From: a virus
Taxonomy: Duplodnaviria > Caudoviricetes
DNA length: 49,097 nt
Virus record (IMG/VR): IMGVR_UViG_3300038393_003167
Location: 1-49,097 of that record
Direction: 5' to 3' (one strand)
Shown here: piece by piece, positions 7,862-16,817 of the stretch
Layout of the letters: each line of letters starts with the position of its first letter
Numbering within the stretch: the first letter of the stretch is position 1
Position numbers and translations under genes: made by a program
The notes under the pieces: generated by a model
Told to the model about the DNA's origin: nothing
Seen by the model: only the letters and a program-made list of their open reading frames with translations
Database searches by the model: none

Positions 7862-8427
7862 TGCTTTTTGACGGCGCTTTCCACGTGCCGAGCTGGCTGC
7901 GCCAGCTGGCCATCGTCCCGGTTGATCTGATCGAGCATTGCCGCCGCGAGGAAGGCGCTGGACCGGGGCTGGTCAGCCTGGGCGCGCTGGGGCTTGCCAA
8001 GTGGCTGCTGGATGACGTGGTGCGGGCGGAGCGCGAAGCGCGGACGCCTGGAAGCCCGCTCAGCATGGGCGGCGTGATCACGCGGCTACTGGCCGGCACC
8101 GCGTTTCCCGGCGACGAACAGGCCGCCGCGATCGAGCGGATGACCGGCGGCGAAGTCGTGTGGTCGAGCTGGATTGTGACTTCGAACGAACAAGCTGGCG
8201 GGCTTGCGCCTGAGCCGATGCCCGAACCAGAGGCGCCGGCTGAGCCGGTGCTCGGGCAGACAGCCTCAGGCCCGCTCTGGACGGCGCGGCTCGATCGAAA
8301 GCGCATCATCGTCTCCGGCGGCCTCGCGATCGACATGGCCATGGAGCTGTCGGCGGGCGCCTGCCTGCATGCGTCGTTGGGAGCGGCGCTTGCCGAAGCG
8401 GGCGCGCTGCCCGCCGCGCGGGCTTGA
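7858..8427 (+). CDS. Hypothetical phage protein
   Basis: Coupled ORF in the early right operon. Confidence 0.6.
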   Translation: MMLFDGAFHVPSWLRQLAIVPVDLIEHCRREEGAGPGLVSLGALGLAKWLLDDVVRAEREARTPGSPLSMGGVITRLLAGTAFPGDEQAAAIERMTGGEVVWSSWIVTSNEQAGGLAPEPMPEPEAPAEPVLGQTASGPLWTARLDRKRIIVSGGLAIDMAMELSAGACLHASLGAALAEAGALPAARA

Positions 8428-9023
8428 GCGAGAGCGGGGACAAGATGGCTTCGCAACCCATTTTCGCGGGCCCGCCACAGGTGGACGCAGTCAGCCTTGA
8501 ACCGGAGATGCTGATCCCGCTTGCGTCCGGGGTCGCCTATGCGGCACCGGGGGCGTTCCTGGCATGGCTGCAAAGCGCCAAGCCGGGGCAGGCCTGCATC
8601 TATGCCCGCGCCAACATGCTGTCGCGACGCGAGCCGATCGCGGCCACGGTGCGGCTGATCCACGACGCAGGGCAGGTGACGCTCTGTCAGGGGCGGCCGC
8701 ATGCGCTGTTCCCGTACCATTATATCGCGCGGCGCACGTCCAAGCCGCTGGCCGCCAAGCCGTCACCCGCACGGCTGCGCGCATCGCTGAACGACACCCA
8801 GCGGCAGCTGCTCGAGCATTTGTCCGACCTTGCCGACGCGGGCGAGCCGCACGGCAGCAACAGCGGCCTCGCCATGCGCCTGGGCCTTGGCAGCCGCGAG
8901 ACAGTTGCGGCGGCGCTGTCGACGCTGGAGCGCGTCGGGCTGATCCGGCGCGGGCAGGACGAAGTGTTCAGCCGCGTGATCGAGATCGTGGAAACCGGCC
9001 GCAAGACGCGGGGATGCCGGTGA
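8424..9023 (+). CDS. Winged-HTH DNA-binding protein
   Basis: QRQLLEHL..SNSGLAMRLGLGSRETVAAALSTLERVGLI. Confidence 0.7.
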   Translation: MSESGDKMASQPIFAGPPQVDAVSLEPEMLIPLASGVAYAAPGAFLAWLQSAKPGQACIYARANMLSRREPIAATVRLIHDAGQVTLCQGRPHALFPYHYIARRTSKPLAAKPSPARLRASLNDTQRQLLEHLSDLADAGEPHGSNSGLAMRLGLGSRETVAAALSTLERVGLIRRGQDEVFSRVIEIVETGRKTRGCR

Positions 9024-9313
9024 CCGCGACCAATCCCGCCAATCCTGTTGCGCCGCCTTCCCAGCCCCCTGGGGCGGCGCACGCTGGCCGGGGCGCGCGC
9101 CCCCCGGTCCCGGCCAGCATCGTTCAATCGGAGCAGCTGCGGCGTGAGGGCGCGGCGATCGAACGGTCCGCTGTCGTCGATTACGCCCGCGCCAAGGCCG
9201 ACGCCGTCGCGCGCATGGTCGAACGAGGCCACCTGACGGCGCAGGAAGGCAGCATGCTCCAGCGCAGGCTGCGCGGGTTCGCCGACGATATCGCGGCGGG
9301 GTTGCACGCATGA
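9020..9313 (+). CDS. Hypothetical phage protein
   Basis: GTGA/ATGA-coupled ORF. Confidence 0.6.
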   Translation: MTATNPANPVAPPSQPPGAAHAGRGARPPVPASIVQSEQLRREGAAIERSAVVDYARAKADAVARMVERGHLTAQEGSMLQRRLRGFADDIAAGLHA

Positions 9314-9591
9314 ACATGGCGGACGCGAACGGATGGATGCCGATCGAGACGGCACCCAAGAGCACCAGCACGCCGACCAAGCTCGGTCACCACGTCGTGG
9401 GCCGCTTCATCCTTGGGTTCATCCCTGAGCCTGAAATGAGCGCCGACGATCGCTGCCACATGGCCGTGATTTGGTGGGAGCCCCATCAGCTCGGGCAGGA
9501 CCGCGGTGCCTGGATTTCCGACAGCTGCTGCGAGGTCAAGCCGACGCACTGGCGTGAGCTGCCGGAGAGCGGCCCGGTGAGGTCCACATGA
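9310..9591 (+). CDS. DUF551-like phage protein
   Basis: WMPIETAPK...PTHWRELP. Confidence 0.75.
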   Translation: MNMADANGWMPIETAPKSTSTPTKLGHHVVGRFILGFIPEPEMSADDRCHMAVIWWEPHQLGQDRGAWISDSCCEVKPTHWRELPESGPVRST

Positions 9592-10022
9592 TCGCGATAT
9601 CGCTTTGGCAGCCTTGGGCCTCTGCGATCCCGCTGGGCCTCAAGAAAATCGAGACGCGGCACTGGCCGGTGCGTCATCGGGGTTTGATCGCCATTCACGC
9701 TGCAAAGCGCTGGACGGCCGAAGAGCGCGAGTTCGCTGCCACCATGGCCGATATCTGGGATTGTCCAGCACTGCGCGAGCCGCCGCTCGGCTCAATCGTG
9801 GCGACCGCGCGACTTGTAGGCTGTGAGCGCACAGAAGCTCTTCTGCCTCGCATCAGCGGCACGGAACGGGCTTTCGGGAATTATGGGCCAAACAGGTTCG
9901 GCTGGCTGTTCGAGGATGTCACGCCCGTGCCGGCGCCGATCCCGTTTAAGGGCGCGCAGGGCCTGTTCGAGGTCCCCGACAGCCTCCTCTCCGTCGCGCC
10001 AGCGCAGGGGGCGCTCTTATGA
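9588..10022 (+). CDS. ASCH-domain protein
   Basis: ISLWQPWASAI..GLKKIETRHW..RGLIAIHA..KGAQGLF. Confidence 0.88.
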   Translation: MIAISLWQPWASAIPLGLKKIETRHWPVRHRGLIAIHAAKRWTAEEREFAATMADIWDCPALREPPLGSIVATARLVGCERTEALLPRISGTERAFGNYGPNRFGWLFEDVTPVPAPIPFKGAQGLFEVPDSLLSVAPAQGALL

Positions 10023-10726
10023 GCCAGAACCGCTCCACGGCCGTGATGCAGCGCCGCCGCGTGGCGCCGGACAGCCTCGACTATTTCCCGACGCCGCCCT
10101 TTGCGACGCGGGCGCTGTGCGAGTTCCTCGCGGGCGAGCTGGGCGATCTGTCGGCGCTGACAGCGTGGGAGCCGGCCTGCGGGGAGCTGCACATGGCGCG
10201 GCCGCTGGCCGAAGCCTTTGGTCATGTCCGCGCCAGCGACGTGCACCGCTATTGCGAGGGGCACGAGCTGCTCGATTTCCTGCTGTTCGGACGGGAAGAG
10301 CCACAGGTTGATATCGTCGCCACGAACCCGCCGTTCCGGCTCGCCCAGGCGTTCATTGAAACCGGGCTGAAGGTGGCGCGGCATGGCGTCGCGATGCTGG
10401 TGCGCAGCGCCTTCCTGGAAGGTGGCGCGCGCTATCAGGATTTGTGGTCGCGCAGTCCGCCCAGCCATGTGCTTCAGTTCTGCGAACGCGTCGTGATGCT
10501 CGAAGGCCGGTTGATCCAGTCAGGCGCGCTCGATCCATTCGCCGAGAGGGCCGGCACGAAGGCGACCAGCGCCACCGCCTATGTCTGGCTGGTCTGGCTG
10601 CACAAGCATCGCGGCGCGGGGACTCAGTTCCGCTGGATCGAACCGAGCCGCGTGCGGCTGGAGCGGGCGGGCGACTATCCGAAATACGAGATTGCCGGCG
10701 CCAGCGCGGCGGAGGCGCTGCTGTGA
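10019..10726 (+). CDS. Orphan SAM-dependent amino-(N6-adenine-type) DNA methyltransferase
   Basis: DYFPTP, WEPACG motif I, TNPPF motif IV. Confidence 0.8.
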   Translation: MSQNRSTAVMQRRRVAPDSLDYFPTPPFATRALCEFLAGELGDLSALTAWEPACGELHMARPLAEAFGHVRASDVHRYCEGHELLDFLLFGREEPQVDIVATNPPFRLAQAFIETGLKVARHGVAMLVRSAFLEGGARYQDLWSRSPPSHVLQFCERVVMLEGRLIQSGALDPFAERAGTKATSATAYVWLVWLHKHRGAGTQFRWIEPSRVRLERAGDYPKYEIAGASAAEALL

Positions 10727-10731
10727 GCCGC

Positions 10732-10992
10732 TCAGCTTTCCCAGTCTGCCGATCGGACGATCACCGTGCCGTCCGGCTCGATCAAACCGCCTTCGTAGCG
10801 AGCCGAGGCTATCGCTTGTATGTCGCCCGAATAAGCCTCGTAAGCGCCCATCGACCCCAGCGTCGCCGCGTCGCAATAGTCTTGAAGTGCCTCTTGGCTA
10901 ACGACGCACACGACGCGCTTGTCCTCATCGTAAGCGGCGAAGCGCACGTCTCCGGAGCTTTCAATCGCCTGATCGGTGAAGTGGAGGGGCAT
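10732..10992 (-). CDS. DUF1488-like protein (antisense moron)
   Basis: VRFAAYDEDKRVVCVVSQEALQD..AYEAYSGDIQAIA. Confidence 0.7.
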   Translation of the reverse strand: MPLHFTDQAIESSGDVRFAAYDEDKRVVCVVSQEALQDYCDAATLGSMGAYEAYSGDIQAIASARYEGGLIEPDGTVIVRSADWES

Positions 10993-10995
10993 GAC

Positions 10996-11241
10996 CTAGC
11001 GCTCCTCTGGATCGGCATAGAGAGCCCGAACGACAGCCGCATCGTGAACTGCGTCGCCGCGCGGGTTTTCGTGAGCCACCCGTTCCAGTTGCTTAAGCAG
11101 TTCTTCGCAGCTCACCAGCGCCTTATCGTCGAGCAAACCGGCACGGCGCAGGCTCCCCGCCAAGGCGGCCACGGTGTGGGTCGCGTAAGCAGTCGCCGCG
11201 TCTCGATAGATCGTCGTGTAATCGTGATTTCCGAAAGCCAT
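10996..11241 (-). CDS. Hypothetical protein (antisense moron)
   Basis: GAGG SD, MAFGNHDY..., 3 nt upstream of the DUF1488-like gene. Confidence 0.55.
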   Translation of the reverse strand: MAFGNHDYTTIYRDAATAYATHTVAALAGSLRRAGLLDDKALVSCEELLKQLERVAHENPRGDAVHDAAVVRALYADPEER

Positions 11242-11393
11242 TCTGCGCGTTCCTCTACCCCTAAAAAGCCCATGCCCGTCGCGATTCAACGTGGCTCTAT
11301 TTGGGTGTCTCACTCTCACCAGAGGAGACACCAATGGACAGTATCAAACAGAGGTCGCAGCGGAACAAGTCTAAGCGCCTCCGGTGTTGCGGA

Positions 11394-11643
11394 ATGAAGC
11401 GGCGTCAGCACACATGCCCCGTTGCGGGCTGCGGGCTGCGGGCGGCGGCTGGAGCGCTGGCAGCGGGTCTGCGATCCGTGCTGGCAGCGGCTGCCGCATG
11501 ACATGACGCGCGCGATCTGCGCCGCCAAGGCGAGCCGCAACCCGCTGAGCGTCGCCGACAGCGCGCGCGAGGCCGTGGCCTGGCTGAACGAGCATTCACC
11601 CGCCGCCCTGGCGGCGCGGCAGTTGGGGGAAATGCCGCCCTAG
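11394..11643 (+). pseudogene. Zn-finger protein frameshifted by an extra TGCGGGC repeat
   Basis: HTCPVAGCG in one frame and RRLERWQRVCDPCW in another; (TGCGGGC)3 at 11423-11443, two copies would restore the frame. Alternative in-frame start at 11334. Confidence 0.7.
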
Positions 11644-11691
11644 CCGGCGGCGGGACGCGGTAGCCAAGAACATAAGTCGGGGGATTTCCAC

Positions 11692-12945
11692 GTGAGTGAC
11701 GCTTTCCATGCGCGCATCGCTCGATTGCGCGATCGGCTGTCTATCGCCGACGTGATCGGCCGCGCGGTCAAGCTGCGCGGCCGCGCGCCCAAGCAGCGCG
11801 GGCAGTGCCCGTTCCACGGGTCAAAGTCCGACAGTTTCGCGATCGATGACGATAGCGGCCGTGCGCGCTGCTGGGGGTGCGGGTGGTCGGGCGACGCCAT
11901 CCAGTTCGTGCAGGATCATTATGGCCTGACGTTCCGCGAGTCGCTGGAGCGGCTGGAGCAGACCCACGGGCTTGACGATCTGGCGGCAGCGCCCGTCGCG
12001 CGCGACCGGCGGCCCAAAGAGCGGCGCCGCGACCCTGCCGGCGATCCCGTCGATTCCGCGGTGCTGGGCGCCTTCATATGGGACAATGGCGCAGCCGATC
12101 CAGACGCGCTGCGGACCTATCTCCGCGCTCGCGGCGTGCCGGATGCGGCGCTGAGCGATGCTCGACTGGGCAACATCCGGTTCAACCCGCACGCGCCAAT
12201 CGCCGCCTGGGCGCAGAACCGATCGCCTGACGATATGCCGCGCGCGCCGGCCATGGTCGCGCTGATCCGGGGGCCGGTGCTGGATGTCGAACGGCGGCCT
12301 GTTGAGGCTGACGCGGAGGCGTGGCCGGTGATCGGCTGGCACGTCACCTATCTGGCGCCGGACCTGCGCGACAAGATGCGGCGTCGCGCCCGCGACGGCG
12401 GCCTGTATCCTGCGCGCAAGATGTGCGGCCGCTCGGCCGGCGGGGCGGTGGTGCTGGGCACCTATTCGCGCGCCTGCGACCTTTACAATGGCGAGGGTAT
12501 CGAGACCGTGCTGTCCGGCCTTGGCCTGGCCCGCGCGGGCGATGCTGCCTGCGGCCTCGCGCTGCTGAGCCTCGACAATATGCAGGGGCGCGCGCGGCTG
12601 TGGCAGAACGGGGCGCTTCCGCTTTATGCGGTCGAACCCGACCCGGAGCGCCTGCCGGCGTTCGCGTTCCGCCATGATGGGCGGGTGGTCGGGCTGGTCG
12701 ACGCGGACATGAAGCCGCTGCGCGGTCCCGTCGACCGCCAGACCGGCGAGCCGCGCGGCCTGCCCGTCGTCGACCGTCGCGGTGGCCGTGTAACACGGCG
12801 CTCCATAACCGGGGCGGAGCGCGCCGCGATCTGCGCGGAGCTGTTCGTCAAGAGCTGGCGCGCCGCCGGCAGCCGCCATGTGATGGCGGTGCGGCCCCGC
12901 ATGGGCCTCGATTTCAACGATGCGGCTCGCGAGGCCCAATCGTGA
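11692..12945 (+). CDS. Phage primase (CHC2 zinc finger + divergent Toprim)
   Basis: CPFH..SF..CWGCGWSGDAIQF, GEGIET, VDAD, DFND. Confidence 0.85.
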   Translation: MSDAFHARIARLRDRLSIADVIGRAVKLRGRAPKQRGQCPFHGSKSDSFAIDDDSGRARCWGCGWSGDAIQFVQDHYGLTFRESLERLEQTHGLDDLAAAPVARDRRPKERRRDPAGDPVDSAVLGAFIWDNGAADPDALRTYLRARGVPDAALSDARLGNIRFNPHAPIAAWAQNRSPDDMPRAPAMVALIRGPVLDVERRPVEADAEAWPVIGWHVTYLAPDLRDKMRRRARDGGLYPARKMCGRSAGGAVVLGTYSRACDLYNGEGIETVLSGLGLARAGDAACGLALLSLDNMQGRARLWQNGALPLYAVEPDPERLPAFAFRHDGRVVGLVDADMKPLRGPVDRQTGEPRGLPVVDRRGGRVTRRSITGAERAAICAELFVKSWRAAGSRHVMAVRPRMGLDFNDAAREAQS

Positions 12946-13355
12946 TCAAGGGCGAAGGGTTCAACACGGCCGAGCAGCTCAAGTCGATCATCCGCCAGCT
13001 GGAAGGGCTGAACGATGAAGCGGCCGAAATCTCGAAAGCCAAATCCGACGTGAAGAAGCTCGCGAAGCAGGACGGCTTCGACGTGCCGACCATCATGGCG
13101 ATTATCAAGCGCCGGAAGATGGAGCCGGAGAAGGTGCTGGAGGCCGATGCGCTGCTGGAGACGTACGAGTCGGCCATCGGCTCTGGCGCTGCCGCTGCCG
13201 GCATCCTTTCGACCACGCGCAACGCGGACGGTTCGTTCGAAGTGAAAATGGTAGCCGGCCCGGATGAGGCCGTGGAGAAGCTCAGCAAGGCGACCAAGGC
13301 CCGACAGGACGCCATCGCCCTTGCGGAGCTGGCGCGCATGGCGCGGCAACCATGA
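12942..13355 (+). CDS. GapR/DUF2312-like DNA-binding protein
   Basis: EQLKSIIRQLEGL..DVKKLAKQDGFDVPTIMAIIKRRKM..LLETYESAIG. Confidence 0.8.
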   Translation: MIKGEGFNTAEQLKSIIRQLEGLNDEAAEISKAKSDVKKLAKQDGFDVPTIMAIIKRRKMEPEKVLEADALLETYESAIGSGAAAAGILSTTRNADGSFEVKMVAGPDEAVEKLSKATKARQDAIALAELARMARQP

Positions 13356-14989
13356 GCGGCGCGCTGATCCCGATGACGGTCGATGATCCGCTCGCCATGG
13401 CGTGGCTGGACCGAAACGACCTGGGCAATGCCGAACGCCTCGTGCGGCTCGCCAAGGGCCTGCTGCTGTGGGTCGAGCCGCTCGGCTGGGTCGCCTATGA
13501 CGGCAAGCGCTGGACGGCGCGCGACGGCGGCCGGATGGCTGCGCGCCTGGCCCACGATGTCGCCCGGCATATCGATCGCGAGGCGCAGGCGCTCAACGAG
13601 ATCGCGCAGGATTCGAAGGCGCTGGAAGCGGCGTTCGGCTGGGCGGTGCCGATCGAGCTGGCGCAGCAGCGCGTGATAGATCTGCGCAAGCATGCGGTCG
13701 CCAGCGGCGATGCGAGCCGCACCAACGCCATGCTGGCTCAGGCGCGCACGCTGATCGCGGCCGAGCTGGAGACGTTCGATCGCGACCCGCTGGCGCTCAA
13801 CTGCCAGAACGGCACGCTGCGCTTCTTTCAGGATAAGGGTGGTGGGTGGGACGTGCGGCTGGACCCGCATGATCCGACCGATCGCCTGATGCAGATCAGC
13901 GCGTTCGTGTTCGATCCGGTCGCCGATTGCCCCGATTTCAAAGAGCGGATGCGCCTCGTGCAGCCGGACCGCGACGCGCGCGCGCTGCTCCAGCAGCTGC
14001 ACGGCTATTTCCTGACCGGCCTCACGTCCGAGCAGAAATGGTTCATCTATCAGGGGCGCGGCGGCGACGGCAAAAGCGCCACCAACATGGCGATCGCCGA
14101 GCTGATGGGCGACTATTACCGGCACGCGGACATTAAGACGTTCCTGCAAGGCGCGCAGAAGAGCGGCTCCGACCATTCGAGCGACCTTGCCCGGCTGGCC
14201 GGCGATATCCGCCTTGTGACGGCGGACGAGCCGCCCAGGCAGGCGACGTGGGATGCATCGCGGCTCAAGCAGGTGACCGGCGGGCGGGTGACAGCGCGGC
14301 CGATGCGCGAGAAGGAAATAGAGTTCATCCCGCGCTGGAAGCTCGTGGTGGAGGTGAACCCGCTGCCTGCGGTGCCGAGCGACGATGATGGGTTCTGGCG
14401 GCGCTGTCGCCTCGTGCCCTGGTCATTCCAATTCGACAAAGGCTCGGTCGCTTCCGAGCCGATGGAAGTCGTTGTCGCGCGCATGGTCGCGGAAGGCTCC
14501 GGCATCCTGAACTGGATGATCCGAGGTGCGCTCAAATGGTTCGAGGGCGGGCGGCGCCTGCCCGACGCCAGCGGGGCCGCCGAGGCGCTCGCCAGCTACA
14601 AGCAGTCCGCCAGCCCGTTCAGCGAATGGCTGGGCGACCGCTGCGACGTGACCGATCGGGATGCGCTGACGCCATCGGGTTCGCTCTACGCCGACTTCAA
14701 GGCGTGGTGCGAGCGCGCCGGCATCGAGAAGGTGCCGACGCAGACCGCGTTCGGCCGATCCCTGCGCGATCGTCAGCACCTGGAGCGCAAGGATTCGAAG
14801 GGCAACCGGTTCCGTCGCGGGATCAGGCTGAAGCCGGAGAACGCGCCGCTGGCCGATCCCGCTGCGCCCGCGCCCGCCGGGTTGCCGCCGCCCGCCTCTT
14901 TCGATGACAGGGGTGGTGGTCGGGGTGCGGCGCAGCCGCGCGGCGATTTGGGCGAATTTGACGATGACGGCGACCTTCTGCCGCCCTGA
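13352..14989 (+). CDS. P4-family/D5-like SF3 helicase
   Basis: NDLGNAERL, LNCQNG, GRGGDGKS Walker A, ADE Walker B, LKQVTGG, DDGFWRR. Confidence 0.92.
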   Translation: MSGALIPMTVDDPLAMAWLDRNDLGNAERLVRLAKGLLLWVEPLGWVAYDGKRWTARDGGRMAARLAHDVARHIDREAQALNEIAQDSKALEAAFGWAVPIELAQQRVIDLRKHAVASGDASRTNAMLAQARTLIAAELETFDRDPLALNCQNGTLRFFQDKGGGWDVRLDPHDPTDRLMQISAFVFDPVADCPDFKERMRLVQPDRDARALLQQLHGYFLTGLTSEQKWFIYQGRGGDGKSATNMAIAELMGDYYRHADIKTFLQGAQKSGSDHSSDLARLAGDIRLVTADEPPRQATWDASRLKQVTGGRVTARPMREKEIEFIPRWKLVVEVNPLPAVPSDDDGFWRRCRLVPWSFQFDKGSVASEPMEVVVARMVAEGSGILNWMIRGALKWFEGGRRLPDASGAAEALASYKQSASPFSEWLGDRCDVTDRDALTPSGSLYADFKAWCERAGIEKVPTQTAFGRSLRDRQHLERKDSKGNRFRRGIRLKPENAPLADPAAPAPAGLPPPASFDDRGGGRGAAQPRGDLGEFDDDGDLLPP

Positions 14990-14992
14990 GGC

Positions 14993-15246
14993 ACGGCGGG
15001 TCACGGCGGGTTGGGATTTGGAGTGAGAATGGCCGGGCATCGGCCGCACGATTGGGAGAGGAAATAACGGCGGGTTTGGACTGTGGAACGGCGGGCGAAA
15101 TCAGGTGACCCGCCGTTAGCTAAGTGCCCGTCAGGATTGAGGAAACGGCGGGTTCAGGCGGGAACGGCGGGTTTCGAGCAGGTTGGCGGGTTCAGGCGGG
15201 CAGGCGCAGGCACGGGGCTTCATCCGTAAACCCGCCGTCCCGCCGT
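14993..15246. repeat. ACGGCGGG iteron cluster, putative replication origin
   Basis: Six direct (14993, 15003, 15067, 15088, 15145, 15164) and three inverted (15109, 15231, 15239) perfect copies plus GGCGGG variants. Confidence 0.75.
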
Positions 15247-15258
15247 AACGGGTAGAAG

Positions 15259-15738
15259 ATGATGATTGATCTAAATCAGAAAGAGGAAGTGTTCTGGACC
15301 TTCGACATGGTCGAAGAGAGGCTGGTTGAGGCTGTGCACTTGTGGCGGCGCAGCCCAGGCGGCGGACGTTCGCCCTATGCGACGGACGGGCCGTGGGAGC
15401 TGGCTGCCAGCGATCTCTGGGGGCCGGATGTCGACAAGGATGCGCCGCTGCGTCCGCTGCCGCTCCGGCGGCGTGAGGTCGCAGCACGTGACGAAGCGAG
15501 CGCATGGCTGCTGTTCGTGCCGGAGCGCGATCGTCGGCTTGTCGTGCTGGCCGTGACGGCGCTGGCCAGCGGCTTCTCTCAGGTGCCCTGGATGCGGCTG
15601 CGCAAGCCGATGGGCGTGCCCTTCGGTGCACACGGGCTGCGGAAGCGCTACTGCCGGGCCATCCAAAGCATCTGCAATCGCATAAATGGCGGAAATGCGC
15701 GGGTAATCGCGTCAACCCCGGAAAGTTGCGGCGAATGA
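15259..15738 (+). CDS. Putative late-gene regulator (Q-position protein)
   Basis: Last early gene before the packaging module; C-terminal HTH-like WMRLRKPMG..GLRKRYCRAI. Confidence 0.55.
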   Translation: MMIDLNQKEEVFWTFDMVEERLVEAVHLWRRSPGGGRSPYATDGPWELAASDLWGPDVDKDAPLRPLPLRRREVAARDEASAWLLFVPERDRRLVVLAVTALASGFSQVPWMRLRKPMGVPFGAHGLRKRYCRAIQSICNRINGGNARVIASTPESCGE

Positions 15739-15855
15739 AATATCGTGTGTCCACATCGGGCCCGTTTTGGGGGTAGTAAACCGGTGTGGTCGGAGGGGTG
15801 TGTGGTGAGCCCCGCGCCTCTCCGATCCGGCCTTTCAGGCATCCTCTCTTTCACT

Positions 15856-15897
15856 GATCGGGCGGCGGGCTTCGGCCTTGCCGCCCGATCTGCTTTC
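15856..15897 (+). terminator. Strong hairpin in the late-operon leader
   Basis: GATCGGGCGGC...GCCGCCCGATC 11-bp outer stem around GGC-TTCG-GCC; weak T tail. Confidence 0.5.
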
Positions 15898-15903
15898 AGG
15901 GTG

Positions 15904-16263
15904 ATGAGCGTGGCAAGGCTGAGCAAGCTGGCGCCGCGCATCCAGACGCTGCGGCCTCGGGTCGATCAGGCGCAAGGCCGGGTCGAAGTCGATCGCAACC
16001 GCAATCGTCAGCCATGGCGGCGCTGGTATTCAACGGCGCGCTGGAAGGCGCTGCGGATGGCGGTGCTCACCCGCGACATGTTCACGTGCCAGTGGCCGGG
16101 GTGCGGTCGTATCGAGCCGGACACGTCCAAGCTGGTCGCCGATCATCGGCAGCGTCACCTGGGCGACCCGGCGCTGTTCTGGGACGAAGCCAACCTCTGG
16201 ACACTGTGCGCCTCGTGCCACTCCCGCTGGAAGCAGCGCGAGGAAGCCGCCGAAGGCGTCTGA
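15904..16263 (+). CDS. HNH endonuclease (terminase-associated)
   Basis: RWKALRMAVLTRD..CQWPGC..ADH..NLWTLCASCH. Confidence 0.9.
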   Translation: MSVARLSKLAPRIQTLRPRVDQAQGRVEVDRNRNRQPWRRWYSTARWKALRMAVLTRDMFTCQWPGCGRIEPDTSKLVADHRQRHLGDPALFWDEANLWTLCASCHSRWKQREEAAEGV

Positions 16264-16335
16264 GTGGGGGGCGGGTCAAAAGTCAGCAGGGGTGCCGGCC
16301 TCCATACCGCCCCCGCCTCATTCGGGGATTTTTTC
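16264..16335 (+). other. Putative cos region
   Basis: GGGGGGCGGGTCAAAAGT...ACCGCCCCCGCC between HNH and terS, the usual place and G/C-run pattern in HK97-like cos phages. Confidence 0.5.
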
Positions 16336-16336
16336 T

Positions 16337-16816
16337 TTGGCGCGGGAGAATTTCGACGGGTTGGACCTTTTCGGGCAGCCGGTGCCGCGCACGCGCGACA
16401 AGGCGGGTCGCCCGGAGCACGTCTGGACGGTCGAAAACTCCAATAAAATCAACCTGATCTTCGCGACGGGTGGCGTTCCGAAAGACGCCGCGGCGGTCCT
16501 GGGGATCACGATGCCGACGCTGCGGAAGCATTATTTTTCCGAGCTGGAGCAGTGGCGGGTTGCCCGGCTGCGGCTGAAGGCAGCCCAGCTCCAGCAGCTC
16601 CACACGGAGGGGCAGAAGGGCAACGTCGCCGCGATCAAGGAACTGTTCAAGCAGATGGACAAGGGCGCGCTGGCCCAGCTGTCCGATCGCGTTGCCAATC
16701 GCGCCCCGAGCGAGCCGAAGCAGGCGCCGAAGGGCAAGAAGGAACAGCAGAAGGAAGCGGCTGGCCGGATCGCCGGCAAGTTCGCGCCACCGGAGCAACC
16801 GCAGTTGGTGCACTGA
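16337..16816 (+). CDS. Terminase small subunit (start uncertain)
   Basis: [31 protein letters not shown]; directly upstream of terL. Confidence 0.7.
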   Translation: MARENFDGLDLFGQPVPRTRDKAGRPEHVWTVENSNKINLIFATGGVPKDAAAVLGITMPTLRKHYFSELEQWRVARLRLKAAQLQQLHTEGQKGNVAAIKELFKQMDKGALAQLSDRVANRAPSEPKQAPKGKKEQQKEAAGRIAGKFAPPEQPQLVH

Positions 16817-16817
16817 C

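Larger units (their letters stand above)
10723..11397 (+). other. Second sense 'bridge' ORF (224 codons) overlying two antisense genes
   Basis: Starts with a GTGA overlap on the MTase stop and ends with an ATGA overlap on the ATG at 11394. Confidence 0.4.

Noticed and set aside
14993-15246. Possible CRISPR array
   Set aside because: 8-bp units, irregular spacing, both orientations, no cas genes.
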